Source: Octopus sinensis (lineage: Eukaryota). Taken from it: a DNA stretch of 64,000 nucleotides. A model generated the notes under the pieces. It was not told where the DNA came from and made no database searches. It was given only the letters and a program-made list of their open reading frames with translations. Both the position numbers and the translations under genes were made by a program. Within the stretch, counting starts at the first letter, position 1, and each line of letters starts with the position of its first letter. The stretch lies in the NCBI RefSeq assembly GCF_006345805.1, contig NC_043007.1, positions 50,964,001-51,028,000 on the forward strand. The letters run 5' to 3'. This document shows, piece after piece, positions 49,268 through 63,802 of the stretch.

Positions 49268-50392
49268 GAAATTTACGGAAAAATAAAGACGAATACAGGT
49301 GTATGAACAACAAGCGGGTGTATTAGTTTGGCGCGCGGTAAAGTGAGAAGTTCCTTTCCGTTTCGAGCCTACACTCTTCATCAGAAAGGAATAAGAGAAA
49401 ACAAACGGAGAGAATAAAAAAAAAACTTGCGGAATTAGCGGTCAAAACATGTCGACTGGTTTGAAGGAAAAAAGGTTTGGTAGGAGAGGTAGAAAGAAGC
49501 GGAGATAATAAAGTATTGATGATCCCAAAACGAAGGGGCGTGTGTATGTGAGAATTTGCAAGTGTGTGTGTGGATAGGGGCTACTGACTTTGACGTGTGC
49601 GGATGTGTGTGTGTAAGTGTGTTCGTCTATAATGTGTGGGTGTATGGATGAAGGTATGTGGATGTGCGGATGATGGTGTGTGGTATGGGTGCTGGGAAGT
49701 GGTCAAAGAAGAGAGAAGGTGGGTAGGAGTGAAGAGAGGAAGTAGGTATCAGAGGAAGAGAGGAGACGTGGGTAGGAGTGAAGAGGCGAAGTAGGTATCA
49801 GAGAGGAGGGGAGTCAGAAGAAGAGAGGTGGGGAGTTGAGTTCATGTGGCGCAAAGGAGAGAAGGGAGAAGATTAATTCCTGTTCACGGCGTGAAATGGC
49901 GCGTGACCGGGGTGTCATTGCTGAGACTGATATCACGGATGTGCACCACGAACCAGTCAGCCAAGCGGCGTCCCGTTTGACTAATGTACAGAGAAATGCA
50001 GAGAGAGCAGGGGATGCAGTAAATGACGTTGCTTGAAGTGCAGGTAAAGAAGTCGGTGATATGATAGGGATGAGATTGGGTGCCTGTGAGGCTGGTGGTG
50101 TTGGAGAGGCAGGGGCAAGTGTGGTAGCGTGGGCGGGACGAGGGGAACGAGCCAGGATGGGAAGTGAATAAACTGTGGACCAGGTCACGCAGGTTGTGGG
50201 CTCGTTTGAAAGAGTGAAGGAGTAGATTGAGGAACATGTGCGAGGTGGAGGGGCTGGACTGGAGTCAACGGAAGAATGGTGCATCGGAGGGCAGGCTGGA
50301 GGGATGGTACGTGAGGGGAAACGGGAGAGGGGCAACGGCATGGTGGGAGCGGCCCACGGAACAGGCTCTGGCAAAGACTGTGTGGATAGTGA
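49141..50392 (-). mobile_element. Penelope-like element 3' part: GIY-YIG remnant, pLTR, plus a 55-bp inverted piece
   Basis: FKRAHNLRDLVHS...FTCTSSNVIYCIPCSLCISLYISQTGRRLADWFVVHIRDI...PVTRHF (49884-50237); 49141-49195 is the reverse complement of 49872-49926. Confidence 0.85.
49351..49391 (-). ncRNA. Minimal hammerhead motif with a damaged cleavage site
   Basis: TTCCTTT-CTGATGA-A GAG TGTAGG CTC-GAAAC-GG-AAAGGAA; perfect 7-bp stem I, but no NUH triplet. Confidence 0.65.
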
Positions 50393-50408
50393 TATATATA
50401 TATATAAT

Positions 50409-50508
<100 letters not shown>

Positions 50509-50764
50509 TCAATGGTATGCTTTGTTTTCTGACTTATAATCATCTCATAATAATGACTATTATGACTTTTATTACTACCTCAGTTCATCTAAATGTATAT
50601 ATTTGTCGTTATCTTTCATAAAAAGCCTTTTTTTTATTTACAATGTGCATTTTCGTTGATTTTTCATATTTCCCCTTACATTTCCACGTGTATTTTATAT
50701 TTTCTTTTTGTAACGTATTTCTAGTATATATATATATATATATTATATATATATATATATATAT

Positions 50765-50798
<34 letters not shown>

Positions 50799-50960
50799 CA
50801 GGAGGTGAACAGCTCAAAAGAAGTTACGTCCGCCACTTAGAATAAAGAAAAGAACACAAAGATAAGTCGAAGAGTGAATGAAATATTTAATCGCTAATCG
50901 ACAGTGTGGCAAAATAGATTTTGTTGAACTAACGATTATGGATTATAATACATTTGTGGA

Positions 50961-50992
<32 letters not shown>

Positions 50993-51099
50993 TGTGTGTA
51001 CGCGTGCGCATGTGTGTATGCATATCCTTTTAGCAATTTCATGATGTCGATGATGGTAAAAATAGCGGCAAGAGAAACTGTTGAGAAACATTTCTGTTA

Positions 51100-51420
51100 T
51101 CTTTTCTGTTTTACTTGTTTCTTTTATTATACCGCAGCATTGCTGGGGCACAACCTTGAAGAATTTAGGTCGAACAAGTCGACTCCAGTACTTTTCATAC
51201 CTGGAACTTATTCTATCGGAATCTTTAGTAGGACCAATGAGGTACAGGGACGTAAACAAACCAACACCGGTTATCAGGTGGTAGGGGAACAAACAGAGAT
51301 GCAAACACGCACACATACATACACACAAGTAGACACTTGCCCAAAGTGCCACGCAGTGGGACCTAACCCGGAACCATGTGATTGAGAATCAAACTTTTTA
51401 CCACACAGTCACGCCTTTTG
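51100..51420 (-). mobile_element. SINE family A, diverged copy
   Basis: TTTTACTTGTTTC...GCATTGCTGGGGCAC...GACACTTGCCCAAAGTGCCACGCAGTGGGACCTAACCCGGAACCATGTG. Confidence 0.75.
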
Positions 51421-51593
51421 CCCATAGCAATATCAACTAATAACAGCAACAATGATAACATTAACATTTATGATATAGTAGTGATAATTACTAGCATCAA
51501 CAACTCGCCAACCAAGGAGAGATTTTCCGGTCCGATAGAGATAGCAGTTAAATCTCTAGGACATACCATGTATATATGAATGTCATTATTCAC

Positions 51594-52176
51594 TTTTATT
51601 TCAAGATTTCTTGCCAATAGAAAAAGAGCCAGTTTCTAACCTAGATCCATTGGAATTTCAACATCAACAACAGGGTATGTATGCATGTATGTATGTATGT
51701 ATGTATGTATGTATGTATGTATGTATGTATGTATGTATGTATGTATGTATGTATGTATGTATGTATATATGAATGTATGTATAAGTGCTGATTTGAATGT
51801 TTTGTTTTATGTATGTATTCTCATGCATATAGTTGCATATCTAGATACGCTCACTTATATTCAAATGATAAACTTCTCGAAAGTTTTACAGATACTTATA
51901 GTTCCGGTGATGGAATGGATTTGTAGTCTTCGAATCAGTTTTCTCCTTTCTGGTTTTGAGAAGCCTAATTTCTCAAGATTGGTATTTAGACTGTATGTTA
52001 CACATACCAGGGCCCCAATAATTACAGGTATAAATCTGAAGTTGTAATCGGGATGGAGTAACAGCAGATTTCTCGATAGTTCACCGTAGGTATTCTCTAT
52101 CTCAATGATCTGCTTTATATTAGCATCTACTGAGCAGCTAATTTCCACAACTGCACAGTTTCTCTTCTCTATTTCA
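51594..52176 (-). mobile_element. 3' end of an R4/Dong-type RLE LINE with a (TATG)n expansion in the 3' UTR
   Basis: EKRNCAVVEISCSVDANIK...YGELSRNLLLLHPDYNFRFIPVIIGAL...ICKTFEKFII; reverse complement of 19450-19960. Confidence 0.8.
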
Positions 52177-52192
52177 AATATATGTGTGTATT

Positions 52193-52249
<57 letters not shown>

Positions 52250-52355
52250 AGAGTAAGATTACATCGAAATGCGTATAAGCAGATACATACAGATCAGTGC
52301 TCAGACCTGAATCCAACACCAAATGATGGGAGACGCAATCCAAGCAAGATGATTT

Positions 52356-52396
<41 letters not shown>

Positions 52397-52412
52397 TAAA
52401 TATATATATATT

Positions 52413-52446
<34 letters not shown>

Positions 52447-53671
52447 CACACACACACACATATATATATATACATGCATACATACATACATATATATATA
52501 TTCACACTCATCATATATATATGTACACCCTCGCGTACATTTTATATATACATATATATGTATACACATACATTATATACGCATGGGTGAGAGAAAGAGA
52601 GAAGGAATATAGATCATTACCCCTTAATACAGGCGAACATATTTTCAGGCAAAGTGCTGCAGAGTGCCTAATAAAATTCTATGATATCAAATTTCATTAA
52701 ATTTAGTGATATATATATATATAGATATATGATAAAATGCATTGAACATAATCGAAGAACTGACTACTGAATATATTGTCGTTTTATATATTTATTTTAT
52801 AAATATATACCTGATTTATTATCAACCGTCATTTTACAATGTGCACATATACATACACGCACGCACACAGGAACGCACGCATACACACACACACACACAC
52901 ATGCATATATTTTATGATAGGAAATTTTGTGCATGATAGACAGACAGTGGGAACATTGTACCTGATTGAAAGAGCAATGTGTTATAGAGTTATTTCAAAT
53001 TAACAGCAATATATCACATGGGAATAATCAAGCGGAAGTTGTATATCGTCTTACAGAATATAACTGCAATATTTGTTCAAAAACCTGGGGTTCATAAAGA
53101 CTACATGTCTTTAATATGAGAACGTTCTGTTGAGGTTAGCAGCAGGTAGAAATGAATCAGCAAAACTGGTGAGGATAGCTAAACTGGGCCCCTTGGTAAT
53201 AGATGTGAAAATATTAAGATATCATCAAGTATCACAAAACTTAGTGGATGCAGCAAATTGTTTTCATTGGTATTTGTATTAGCTAACACTAACACACACA
53301 CCCACGTACGCTTTCACACAGACACACATACACACACACGCACAACACACATATACATATGTATACACGCATACAATTATACCCATAATTCATAAATTAG
53401 AATAGTGTTTTATGGAATTCACTTTGGTCATTTTAAATACTGACAGATGCCTGATGAATACTGTGGTTGATATCACACTAAGCAGCCCGAAATTCCGAAT
53501 GATTCCTTCATGAATTGATTTCTGTACCACAGGATTTATCTCTTAGAACTGACCCAGTTATATCTTTCAAAACCTACCTAAATGAACAAATGCACAAATA
53601 CGAATGTACATAGACATAATATACATGGATATCGTATGCACACACACACTCACACACACACACACACACAC

Positions 53672-53724
<53 letters not shown>

Positions 53725-53854
53725 ATACACACACACTCACACATATATGGACACATGCATGTATGTGTATATATACATGTGTAGATATGTATACACACTC
53801 ACAAATATATATGAACACGTGTGTGAATGTGTGTTTGTATGAACATCGTTTGGG

Positions 53855-53890
<36 letters not shown>

Positions 53891-54728
53891 TGATGATTAA
53901 TCCATCTTCATAGATGAACGCTGTCTTCTTTTGCTTCCTCACTGGCAACGGCATTTCTGTCCATGACCTCTGAATATGACTATTAATTCCGTTGCAGACC
54001 CGCATGGTTTCAAACGTAGGTGACAAGCGGAAGTTATGTTACTTCCAACTGGTTAGGTCTGCATATGTCGCGATTGTTCCTTATTGTAGATGGAATGGCA
54101 AATGAGATCACCATAAAGAAACATCTGCACATCATTGGATTATAATGATAAATGCTTGTACAATCCGAGTATCACTTTCCGAGTGAATAGTACCTATCAA
54201 CAGGCTGAAGTAAGATGACCAATAATCATGTGAAACCGGATTTTGTACATCAGAGTGTCCCTCTCCTGGAAAATTGGCTTACTATGCAGTCTGATACAAA
54301 AGAAAGATATTTCTACTCAGGCGCTCTGATGGATTGTCATCACATATGCTAGTTAACCCATAGCTGGGATCCTGACGCATGTTAATACATCAGGCTAGAG
54401 TAAACTGCAAACAACGGAGGCTAAGTGAATCCCCGTGCCTGAAAACCCTGGAACTCCCCAAGCAGAACCCTTCTTCTACATGCACTACCCAAGACATATA
54501 TATATATTTATATATATTAACACTCACACACATATGCGTACATGTATACCATTTTATTCATTTATATTCTTGATCTATCCTCCCAAATAGCAGGATCTAT
54601 ATAGACACACATTTCTTTCACTGTACACTTCTGAAGATGGACCTTTTGGCTCGAAATATATAAAGGTTTTTTAATATTCATCTCTGCATTGTTAGAAATT
54701 TTCCTCATTTCCCTTATCAATTATTATT

Positions 54729-54793
<65 letters not shown>

Positions 54794-55009
54794 TGTATGT
54801 ATGTATGTATGTATGTATGTATGTATGTATGCATGTATGTATGTATGTATGTATGTATGTATGTATGTATGTATGTATGTATATACAAGTGTGAACTTAA
54901 TGAAGCATCCCAGTATGCCAGACCCGAATCTGTGAATGACGCCACCAAATCTGTAAGCTTTCATTAACGTAACAAAAGACGCGACATACAGGGAGGGAGA
55001 GAAGTAAAG

Positions 55010-55145
55010 AAGAAGAGAAGGAAGAAGAAGAAGAAGAAGAAGAAGAAGAAGAAGAAGAAGAAGAAGAGGAGGAGGAGGAGAAGAAGAAGAATGAGAAGAA
55101 GAAGAAGAAGAAGAAGAAGAAGAAGAAGAAGAAGAAGAAGAAGAC
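55010..55145. repeat. (GAA)n/(GAG)n microsatellite
   Basis: Trinucleotide array. Confidence 0.95.
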
Positions 55146-55454
55146 TTGGAGTACAAAAGAGACTATTTCTCTATCATTAGTGAGATAACTGGAGAAAGGT
55201 ACAGATACTCCCACACACACATAAATATTCATATATATATATACATATATATATAATGCGTATATGTTTGTATCTGTATATAAATATATACATATATATA
55301 TACATATATGTATATGCATGTATATATACACGCACACATATATATATACACCTACAAGCACACACTAATGATGTAATCTGAACACTTTATGGGATGAGTA
55401 ACACACACACATATATATATACATTATATGTACATACATACGCATATATATATA

Positions 55455-55495
<41 letters not shown>

Positions 55496-56430
55496 ATATA
55501 TATATATATATACATACATATTCACGTTCCAACATTTAGATACATGTTAATGATGTATATTTTTGTATAAGTGTATACACATACATGCATGCATACATAC
55601 ATGCATACATACATGCATGCATACATACATACATGCATGCATACATACATACATACATACATACATACATACATACATACATACATACATACATACATAC
55701 ATACATACATACATACGTACATACATATAAACACACCAACTCAACTACCAACACCGAGAACTTTCTTAACACAGAAAGTCCAGTCACTTTGTTAGCGACC
55801 ATCTTGAACTCTCTTAAGAACTTAAACAAAACTCAAAGTAAAATCATACATTCATTGAATTTTTCGCGAGTTGCTAATCAACTTTTCATGTTTGTCTTTA
55901 TTCTCTTTCGAGACTGAGTAGTGACTGGCGAAATTTACAAAACGTTTCGAAATCAACAGAAACACGAAACTGCATAGCAACTCAACTCTGAATACTTTGT
56001 ATTTAACAGGGACGTTTATTCCGGGTGTGCTTGGTGTGCGTTTGCACTCCCATCGAAAATGGCAAATTCATTATAATTATTACCTTATTAATTTAATCAT
56101 AAACCTTAATGGAAAACTTTTATTATGCCCTTACTTGAAATTTCGTGGTATTGTGTGTGGCAGCACACCCAATACACCACTGATATTTAGCTATCATTAA
56201 CAGTACTGTGTATGATCTTGTCTTAACTGTAATCTGTTTCTTTCTTCTCTCCCTCTGTCTCCCTCCCTCCCTCTCTCTATTTTTCTCTCTCTCTTTCTCA
56301 TAAATATATATGTGTATGTATATATGTATGTGCACGCATATATGCACACACATACACATACACACAAACACATACACACAAACACACACATACGCACATA
56401 CACGCACACTCACACACACACACACGCACA

Positions 56431-56503
<73 letters not shown>

Positions 56504-56512
56504 ATATATATA

Positions 56513-56893
56513 TAATAGTTATCGCCATATTAATATGGCATTCTTAAAAATAAGAATAAAGCTGTCGCTGATTAGCTCCATGAAGCCATCGCCTCAAGCT
56601 AGCTACTTGACACACAAACTGCGTCCGTTATTAAACCTTCGAACAGGGGAGGTCAGCCGCTTCAACCTGCTAGTCCGACAGCTACAGACACGTTTCAGGG
56701 TTGTTGCTCCTTCTCAATGCAGCGTAGTCAGACCTGCAGGTGTCGCTACTGACCGTCTCCGTTCGAAGATTCTATTTACGGACGCAGTTTGTGTGTCAAG
56801 TAGCTAGCTTGAGGCGATGGCTTCATGGAGCTAATCAGCGACAGCTTTATTCTTATTTTTAAGAATGCCATATTAATATGGCGATAACTATTA
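56513..56893. repeat. Perfect ~116-bp inverted repeat around a structured core; PLE pLTR/retrozyme-like
   Basis: 56513-56628 is the exact reverse complement of 56778-56893; imperfect pairing continues inward (CTTCGAAC/GTTCGAAG); adjacent to (TA)n. Confidence 0.85.
56681..56723 (-). ncRNA. Hammerhead-like motif with variant core (UUGAGAA)
   Basis: GCTGCA-TTGAGAA-GGAGCAACAACCCT-GAAAC-GT-GTC-TGTAGC; 6-bp stem I, palindrome-like stem III, GUC triplet. Confidence 0.5.
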
Positions 56894-58899
56894 ATTTCCA
56901 GAAACGCTGTCGTAATCTCTTTTAAAGAGACTTAGTAATTTTAGTATTTCTATTATATATATATATATATATATATACATACATATATACTGTTGTGTGT
57001 GAGTTTCTCAACTCTGATTCTCGAGTGCTAGGTTATATATTTGAAAGTTGGATCAACTATATATTCCCACAACAAATAGCACCTAGGAAATCATAGTTTC
57101 CACATATGGACATATGTCAATGGATAAAATTTAAAAAATACTCCACAAATAAATTGATTTCCTATAAAATATCTAAATGAAAATTCTATGGTGCTCCTTT
57201 CTGGTAAACCTATAAATGTTGAACTAATTGCGCATTGATGTAAATAAATAAAATGATGCTCTGCGAGTGTTATTTGTTGTCAGTATTGTATCGGGCAGAC
57301 GTCTTCATTACAATAACAAAAGTATCCCGTAATGCTACATCAGTCTAATTGAAAATACATTCAAAACTAGATTCCATGAACTCAGCGTATAATCTATCAT
57401 TCAGAAACAACAAAATGTAGACACCATCTTATCTAAATACATATAGCTGTTAAAAGACAAGCAAGCATTGATAATAACATCAAATGTAGAACTCTAGACC
57501 ATGCTAATTAATACTACTAGAACGGTAACTACAACCTATATGCTGCACAGTAGATCACACAGGAACTCTCACCGAACCTTAGATTTTATCTCCTTTAAAA
57601 TTCACAAGCGCAATTTCATACTAAAACACTTCAAAAAATAAAAATAAAAAAAAACAACTGACAACAATATCAGCTAGCCGTTTCTCCAACATACGTTGTA
57701 GATTCTGTACACAAAACATAGCTTGCATCCTCACCATTCTGCATTGCGTGATTAAATATTCATAGCTTTTACCCAGTATTTTGCAAAATATGTTTCAAGC
57801 TTCTATGTCCAGATTTAAGCTCATACGTTCTAATTTCTATGTGGTGTGAGCCAATTTTATATTCTACAATGACACAAACATACAAACAGTGTACGCACAC
57901 ACTCACATCTTTAAAATTCCTTTTGGTCGACCTAATTATCTGTAAACCTCTCCTGATGTCGAGCCAGTTTATCAGTTTATCAGACAATAAACCAGATTAG
58001 GAAATCTCACTAATTTTTGTATTAGTAGATTGTTAGAAGTATTTAACTGGTTGAACTATTGTACGATCTGTAGATGTGAACGTATGGCTGGCTTTCTGTT
58101 TACTGGAATCACAGTATATGCAACTCCTATATCCAAATGAGCTTGAGTCAGCAGAAAAATTATGGAAGTGATGATAAGGAAAGAGCGTTGGTTGTGAAGT
58201 GACTGGTATGACAATGTTAATGCCGTTGTTAGAAATCAGAGATACTACAAGCCTGTAGCACTGTAGTGTTTGTTTGTGGAGGGAAGCTGCAGTGGTGAGA
58301 TAAAAGATATGTGACATGCCTTTCAGTAAAATGTGAACCGAACAGGTACGGAAGAGGGCAATAGCAAAATCTAGCCTAATCTTTGTTGGATATCAAAACA
58401 GATATTAAAAAAATGAATTGCCAGAAATACATTACTCAGTTTGATATTGCAGTTTTTACTGCTCCCAGTTCACTATGATGCACCAGTTATTTTCATTACC
58501 CCAGGGTAGCATATGCCGATTTCGGTGTCATGTGTTCGACTTCAAGGATTGATGACGTCGACATGAATTATACGGTATCTTAGTGTCACCTGGTACAAAT
58601 ATAACTGTTCAGATGCTGCAAAATTATTGCAGTAGATCCACGTGATACAAAATCATACACCAAATGTGTGCAGCTAAGTTGTGAAGTGCAAAAAAATCAC
58701 AACGTTAAACTTGTTTTAAACCGGAACACAAAAGTTCAGCATGCATAATTTTGGAATTCTAAAAAAAAATGGCAGTGTGCATTTCTGGAATAAATGAATT
58801 AATAAAATGTATAAAATATCGTCTCAGTTATTACAACATTGCACTTGGGTGTATGTAATACTGTTTCAGGTAGGCTTATAGGAAATGGTGACATTGGAA

Positions 58900-59250
58900 T
58901 AAATGTGAATTTCACGAATCTCCACCAGTGCGGATATTCAGACATCTTAGGTTCATGGGTTGTGTCTGTTCCTGAACAGTCGTCTAAGCAGGTCGAAATT
59001 GCGAGTCAGGCAAACAACCTGAAAACTTTTGTGAATAAAGAAAGTTCTTGGCCTTAGCAGGGGACAGTAGAGATACGGTGGGGCTGGGATTGTGAGATGA
59101 GAGAAAATTACTGCGGCTCTCACTTTTGCCTATTTGTGGGTTCATAGGCTGTGATAGAAAGAGAATGTGATAAGTGTTATCAAATGCTAAGAATACTACT
59201 GACGGGTGTTTAAAAATTCTCAGGTTTACTGGTGACAATTCTGCAGCAGG
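58900..59250 (-). mobile_element. Old decayed LINE-like coding remnant
   Basis: GC-richer segment with a partially open minus frame (HNPSPTVSLLSPAKAKNF..SQKFSGCLPD); family not determined. Confidence 0.3.
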
Positions 59251-60339
59251 AAAGGGATATATTTAAACGTATGCAGTTTAAATTTTCATGTACGCTGACT
59301 TCTGTAACACGCATGTTTCAATAAGTACAATACCTGTTGTATATTCTTGAAGTTATACTCCACTTTATGGAGGAGTTCTCTATCCTTTAACTAAATTTAC
59401 AGTGGAATTGTTCCTGGACATGAGCATATGCATGTGTTGTGTGAATCAGGCTTCAATGAGTTTTCCGTCAACCTGAAGAGTTTTATCGAAACTTCATTCG
59501 CTGGAACACCACTTCTTATATCAACTCCTTCAAAAGAGATGTGTTATTAATGAGACACCTGGCTGTAGCTCTTTAAGTTGTATTCATAGAAGGGGTGATT
59601 TATGGTGTGTCTAACTATTGTTTAAGAATCTGGGCTTCTCTACAGCTAACCACAAGTGTATTCAAGATTTTGCTCTCACTATGTATATTCAGAAATACGT
59701 TTTTGTTAGGGCTAGGAGACAGTTTGAAACGGATGATATTGAGTTTGAAACGGATGACTACCCTATTCTTTAGCTTTGGGGTTTTTGCAGAGCTGGGTTC
59801 TTATGGCCCTATCGTTTAAACACTTCTCATTAGTGAGCTATATCAAGGAAGGCCAGGTTTATCAAATATGTCATTATCTTAAGATAAGCTACAGTTACAC
59901 GTATTTACATTATCTACAATACCTTTTAATTATATAAGGTGAGCGATTGAAATCTTTATATATACAAATAATTTTCTTGCTTGGTTTGTGATATGTGCAG
60001 TGCTTGCCCATTTATATTTTCAAAAATTCACTGTTTTTATGTTAGCATTTATTGTAATCTTGGAGTCTAAATGTCGAGATATACTTATTACCGTGTTTCT
60101 CGGTTTGACATATACGTAATGTCGTCTACAGTTAGATCGGCGTTTTCTATACAGTCCTATGTCTACATTTTCTAATTAATTCCTCGATTTATACAACATA
60201 AGTCAACCAGGTCATTACTTCTGCACTGTCAGTATCGAAGAACTCGTCTTCCTGTCCCTTCACTCAAAACAGACTGTGCAAAAAAGCAAGGATTTTCTTG
60301 TAATTAGAATTATATTAATGTCGACGTTCCTTATTATCG

Positions 60340-60391
<52 letters not shown>

Positions 60392-61081
60392 TACACGCGC
60401 GTGCACACGCACACACATACGCAGGCGTTGCTTAACGACCTACCACTTAACCTACATTTAATAATTTTCAAAAATCATAAAACTAAAAATTGAATAGTTA
60501 ATTCACCAAAATAAATGATAATCATCATAAGTGTTTCGAAAGATTAATTACGTCAATACGTCGCGATAATGTGCGTGAGAGTGTTTGCATGTAAATGTGC
60601 GTATGAAGAATTTAAATTAATTCACCCTTATATATTCAGCTAATTTGTAGCTAGATGAGGTGTATGTTAATACAACTTATGTAAATAGTTGACAAGCAGG
60701 ATGCTATAAATCTAGAGAATTTTAAAAGTAATAAAGCTAGCTTTTTTCATTGTTAGTAGTTTTATAATATAAATTAGACAGTCTAAACATAATGATTGGC
60801 AAATTTATGAACTAGACACATTTGGCAATTTCGGAATTGTCAAGGCAGCAGTTACTTGGACAACGTAACACCATTTATAGCAGTGTTTATATGTGAATTT
60901 GTCTTTCACTTAACGATTTCTCACTTAACGATTGGATATCAGGAGCCAACTAAATTATTAAGTAGAAGTATTGTTGTGTTCTTGCATGATACCTAAATAA
61001 TACATATATATGCATATGTGCGTGTATGTGTGTATATCTGTCTATTTATCTATCTATCTACACATACACACACATATATGG

Positions 61082-61122
<41 letters not shown>

Positions 61123-61637
61123 CAAACATATATACATATATGTATATATATATTCACACACGAACATGGATTTTGTCTTCGTATATGCGTGTATATAGCT
61201 GTCTGTATATATCTGTGTACAAATTTAGTGTGGAGTTAAGTATGCATGCATGTAGACACACACACACACTTTATATTTACATATGACTGTGCTATCGGCT
61301 GAGGCAGGACATTGTCTACGTCTTCAGTGGGGAATAATAAAAAATCAGAAATTGTCCACTGGGAGGCTCCCACCCTCTTCTTTCCACACACCCATAACAC
61401 AGAACGAATATGTTTATATTATTATTTAGTTCCTTATCACAACTAAATTCTTTGTAATATATATTTCAGTACTGCTGACTCATAAACACACAAACACACA
61501 CACACACATATAGACAGACAGACAGATAGATATAATTATACATATATATACAAATATATATTTACACACACATATATACACGCATATATATACACACATA
61601 TATACATATATTTATATACACATATGTATATATATGC

Positions 61638-61704
<67 letters not shown>

Positions 61705-61981
61705 GTGTGTGTGTGTATGTATTTATATGTATAAATACTCACATACACCCATATGTTATGATTTCATTTCAGCATTATGATACCAATACCCAGTTGTTAG
61801 AACTCATTATGCTCATTCTTTGGAATAAAATATCGGGTGATTACAGTCCGTAATATCAATTAATGAATGACAAAATAACAAAGAACAGGAGTTGGAGTTA
61901 CATAATCAATTTCATAACTTTACACCTGTTGTATGTAAATTCATTCCGTAATAAGCATACGTTTGTTTAAATGGCTCCGAA

Positions 61982-62021
61982 GAAGCTATAGGATGTCGCT
62001 CCCGCGACAACCTATAGCTTC
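61982..62021. other. Isolated 18-bp hairpin
   Basis: GAAGCTATAGGATGTCGC-TCCC-GCGACAACCTATAGCTTC, one A-A mismatch. Confidence 0.75.
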
Positions 62022-62482
62022 GAGTGAAGTATTTCTTACAGCAGAAACAACTGTATGCTAATGAAAGTGGTTACGTAACTTCCATTCTTTTGTCAATCAT
62101 AAATTAATGTATGGGCGTTTGCGTATGTATGTATTTGTGCATGTGCAAGCATGTGTGCATGAGCCAGACTATAGGTTTCATTAGGCTAATATGCGTATGG
62201 CATGTGGTATGGATATTCACTCAGATGAACGGTTTCTGTGTTCTATTGCTGAACGTCAGATTACTCATAAATTTCACACCATTAGGACCATAGAACAATC
62301 ATCAATATACAAACTTTACTTCATCATTTGCGCACCGTTTCAGTTGAAGTTGATTCTGATAGAGAACGATGTTAAGGGTATTTGTGTTTATCGAAAGCTC
62401 AATCACTTCCAAGTTATTTCAGTCAGTTGAACAAACAAAGGAATACTCATTGTCGAAATTGACGGAGGACCACCCTTTCATT

Positions 62483-62552
<70 letters not shown>

Positions 62553-62586
62553 CAAACATATATACATATATATATATATACATACA

Positions 62587-62622
<36 letters not shown>

Positions 62623-62633
62623 TATATATATCA

Positions 62634-62837
62634 TAAGGGTGGCTTGAAAGCAATTTTTCAATCAAGACAAAAATATATACGTCACCAAAGCGACTAATGG
62701 CGCTAGTTAGTACCAGTATTGTTGGTTGTTTTTATTCTTATTTCTAGCAATACAGGTGCTTTCTAGCGCCCTTAGTCGCTTTGGTGACGTATATGTTTTT
62801 GCCTTTCGACTGAAAAATTGCTAACAAGCCACCCTTA
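62634..62837. repeat. Imperfect ~73-bp inverted repeat, PLE pLTR-like, with a degenerate HHR-like motif at 62921-62957
   Basis: TAAGGGTGGCTTG...ATATACGTCACCAAAGCGACTAA..GCGCTAG pairs with CTAGCGC..TTAGTCGCTTTGGTGACGTATAT...CAAGCCACCCTTA; CTGAAGA...GAAAC downstream; partial re-occurrence at 63040-63085. Confidence 0.7.
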
Positions 62838-63276
62838 ATTATGATTTTCACTTTTACCATTTATGAAATCAGCGTGATTTCAACAGTGATCTTGAGTTTA
62901 ACCAAAGGCGCTGATAAGAGCCACTGAAGAGCATTAATGGAAACATGAAATCACTGGTAATCTGGTTATGTCCGGTGCTGAGGGAGCTTGCTTCCTTTGT
63001 CAATCATCAAGATAGTGCTTATCGTGGTTATAAGTTGTTTTGACACTAATTTCTAGCAATAATGGTGCTAACTTAGTCGCTATGTAAATGTATATGTGTA
63101 TATATAGATATAAGTATGTGTGTGTGTGTGCCTGTGTGTGTGTGCGTGTGTGTGTATGTATGAATGTATGTTTGTATATAATTTATAGAATATATCCATT
63201 ATGAGTGTGGGAGACAATAGTCCAAATGAGGACTTGGAGCACAATTATGAAGTCTGGCTATAATAATAATGATTAC

Positions 63277-63319
<43 letters not shown>

Positions 63320-63700
63320 TTAGGAAAAAGAAAAAAAATGGTTTCTAATAGAAGTATCAATACCAACAGACGACAATGTTTCTCTAAAACAAATGGAGAA
63401 GCTTTCAAAATGCAAAGAAGAGGAAATAGAGGTAACTCGAATGTGGAGTCTAAAAACAGAAACAATTCCTATCATAGTAGGGCGCATTCGGTATGATAAA
63501 ATATATTCAGAAAAATACATAACAAGAACACCAGGACTAACAAATATATATAGCATACAGAAAATAACACTACTAGGCACCACACACATCCTACGTAAAA
63601 CACTTTCAATACAGTAAGACAACAAACCACAGCACATACTCAAGGTACACAGAGCTGCACTCGGTAGTGCAGTAAAAGCACATGATGAAAATAAGACTAC
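63320..63700 (+). mobile_element. 3' end of an R4/Dong-clade LINE (RLE C-terminus plus 3' UTR), second family
   Basis: FLIEVSIPTDDNVSLKQMEKLSKCKEEEIEVTRMWSLKTETIPIIVG...IQKITLLGTTHILRKTLSIQ*; preceded by (TAA)n 63260-63318 and followed by (GAA)n. Confidence 0.85.
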
Positions 63701-63802
63701 AGAAGAAGAAGAAGAAGAAGAAGAAGAAGAAGAAGAAGAAGAAGAAGAAGAAGAAGAAGAAGAAGAAGAAGAAGAAGAAGAAGAAGAAGAAGAAGAAGAA
63801 GA

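Noticed and set aside
54628-54665. Hammerhead (CTGAAGA...GAAATATATA)
   Set aside because: Core words are present, but stems I and II pair poorly; counted only as a degenerate remnant. The similar motif at 59476-59495 lacks a valid stem III and cleavage triplet.
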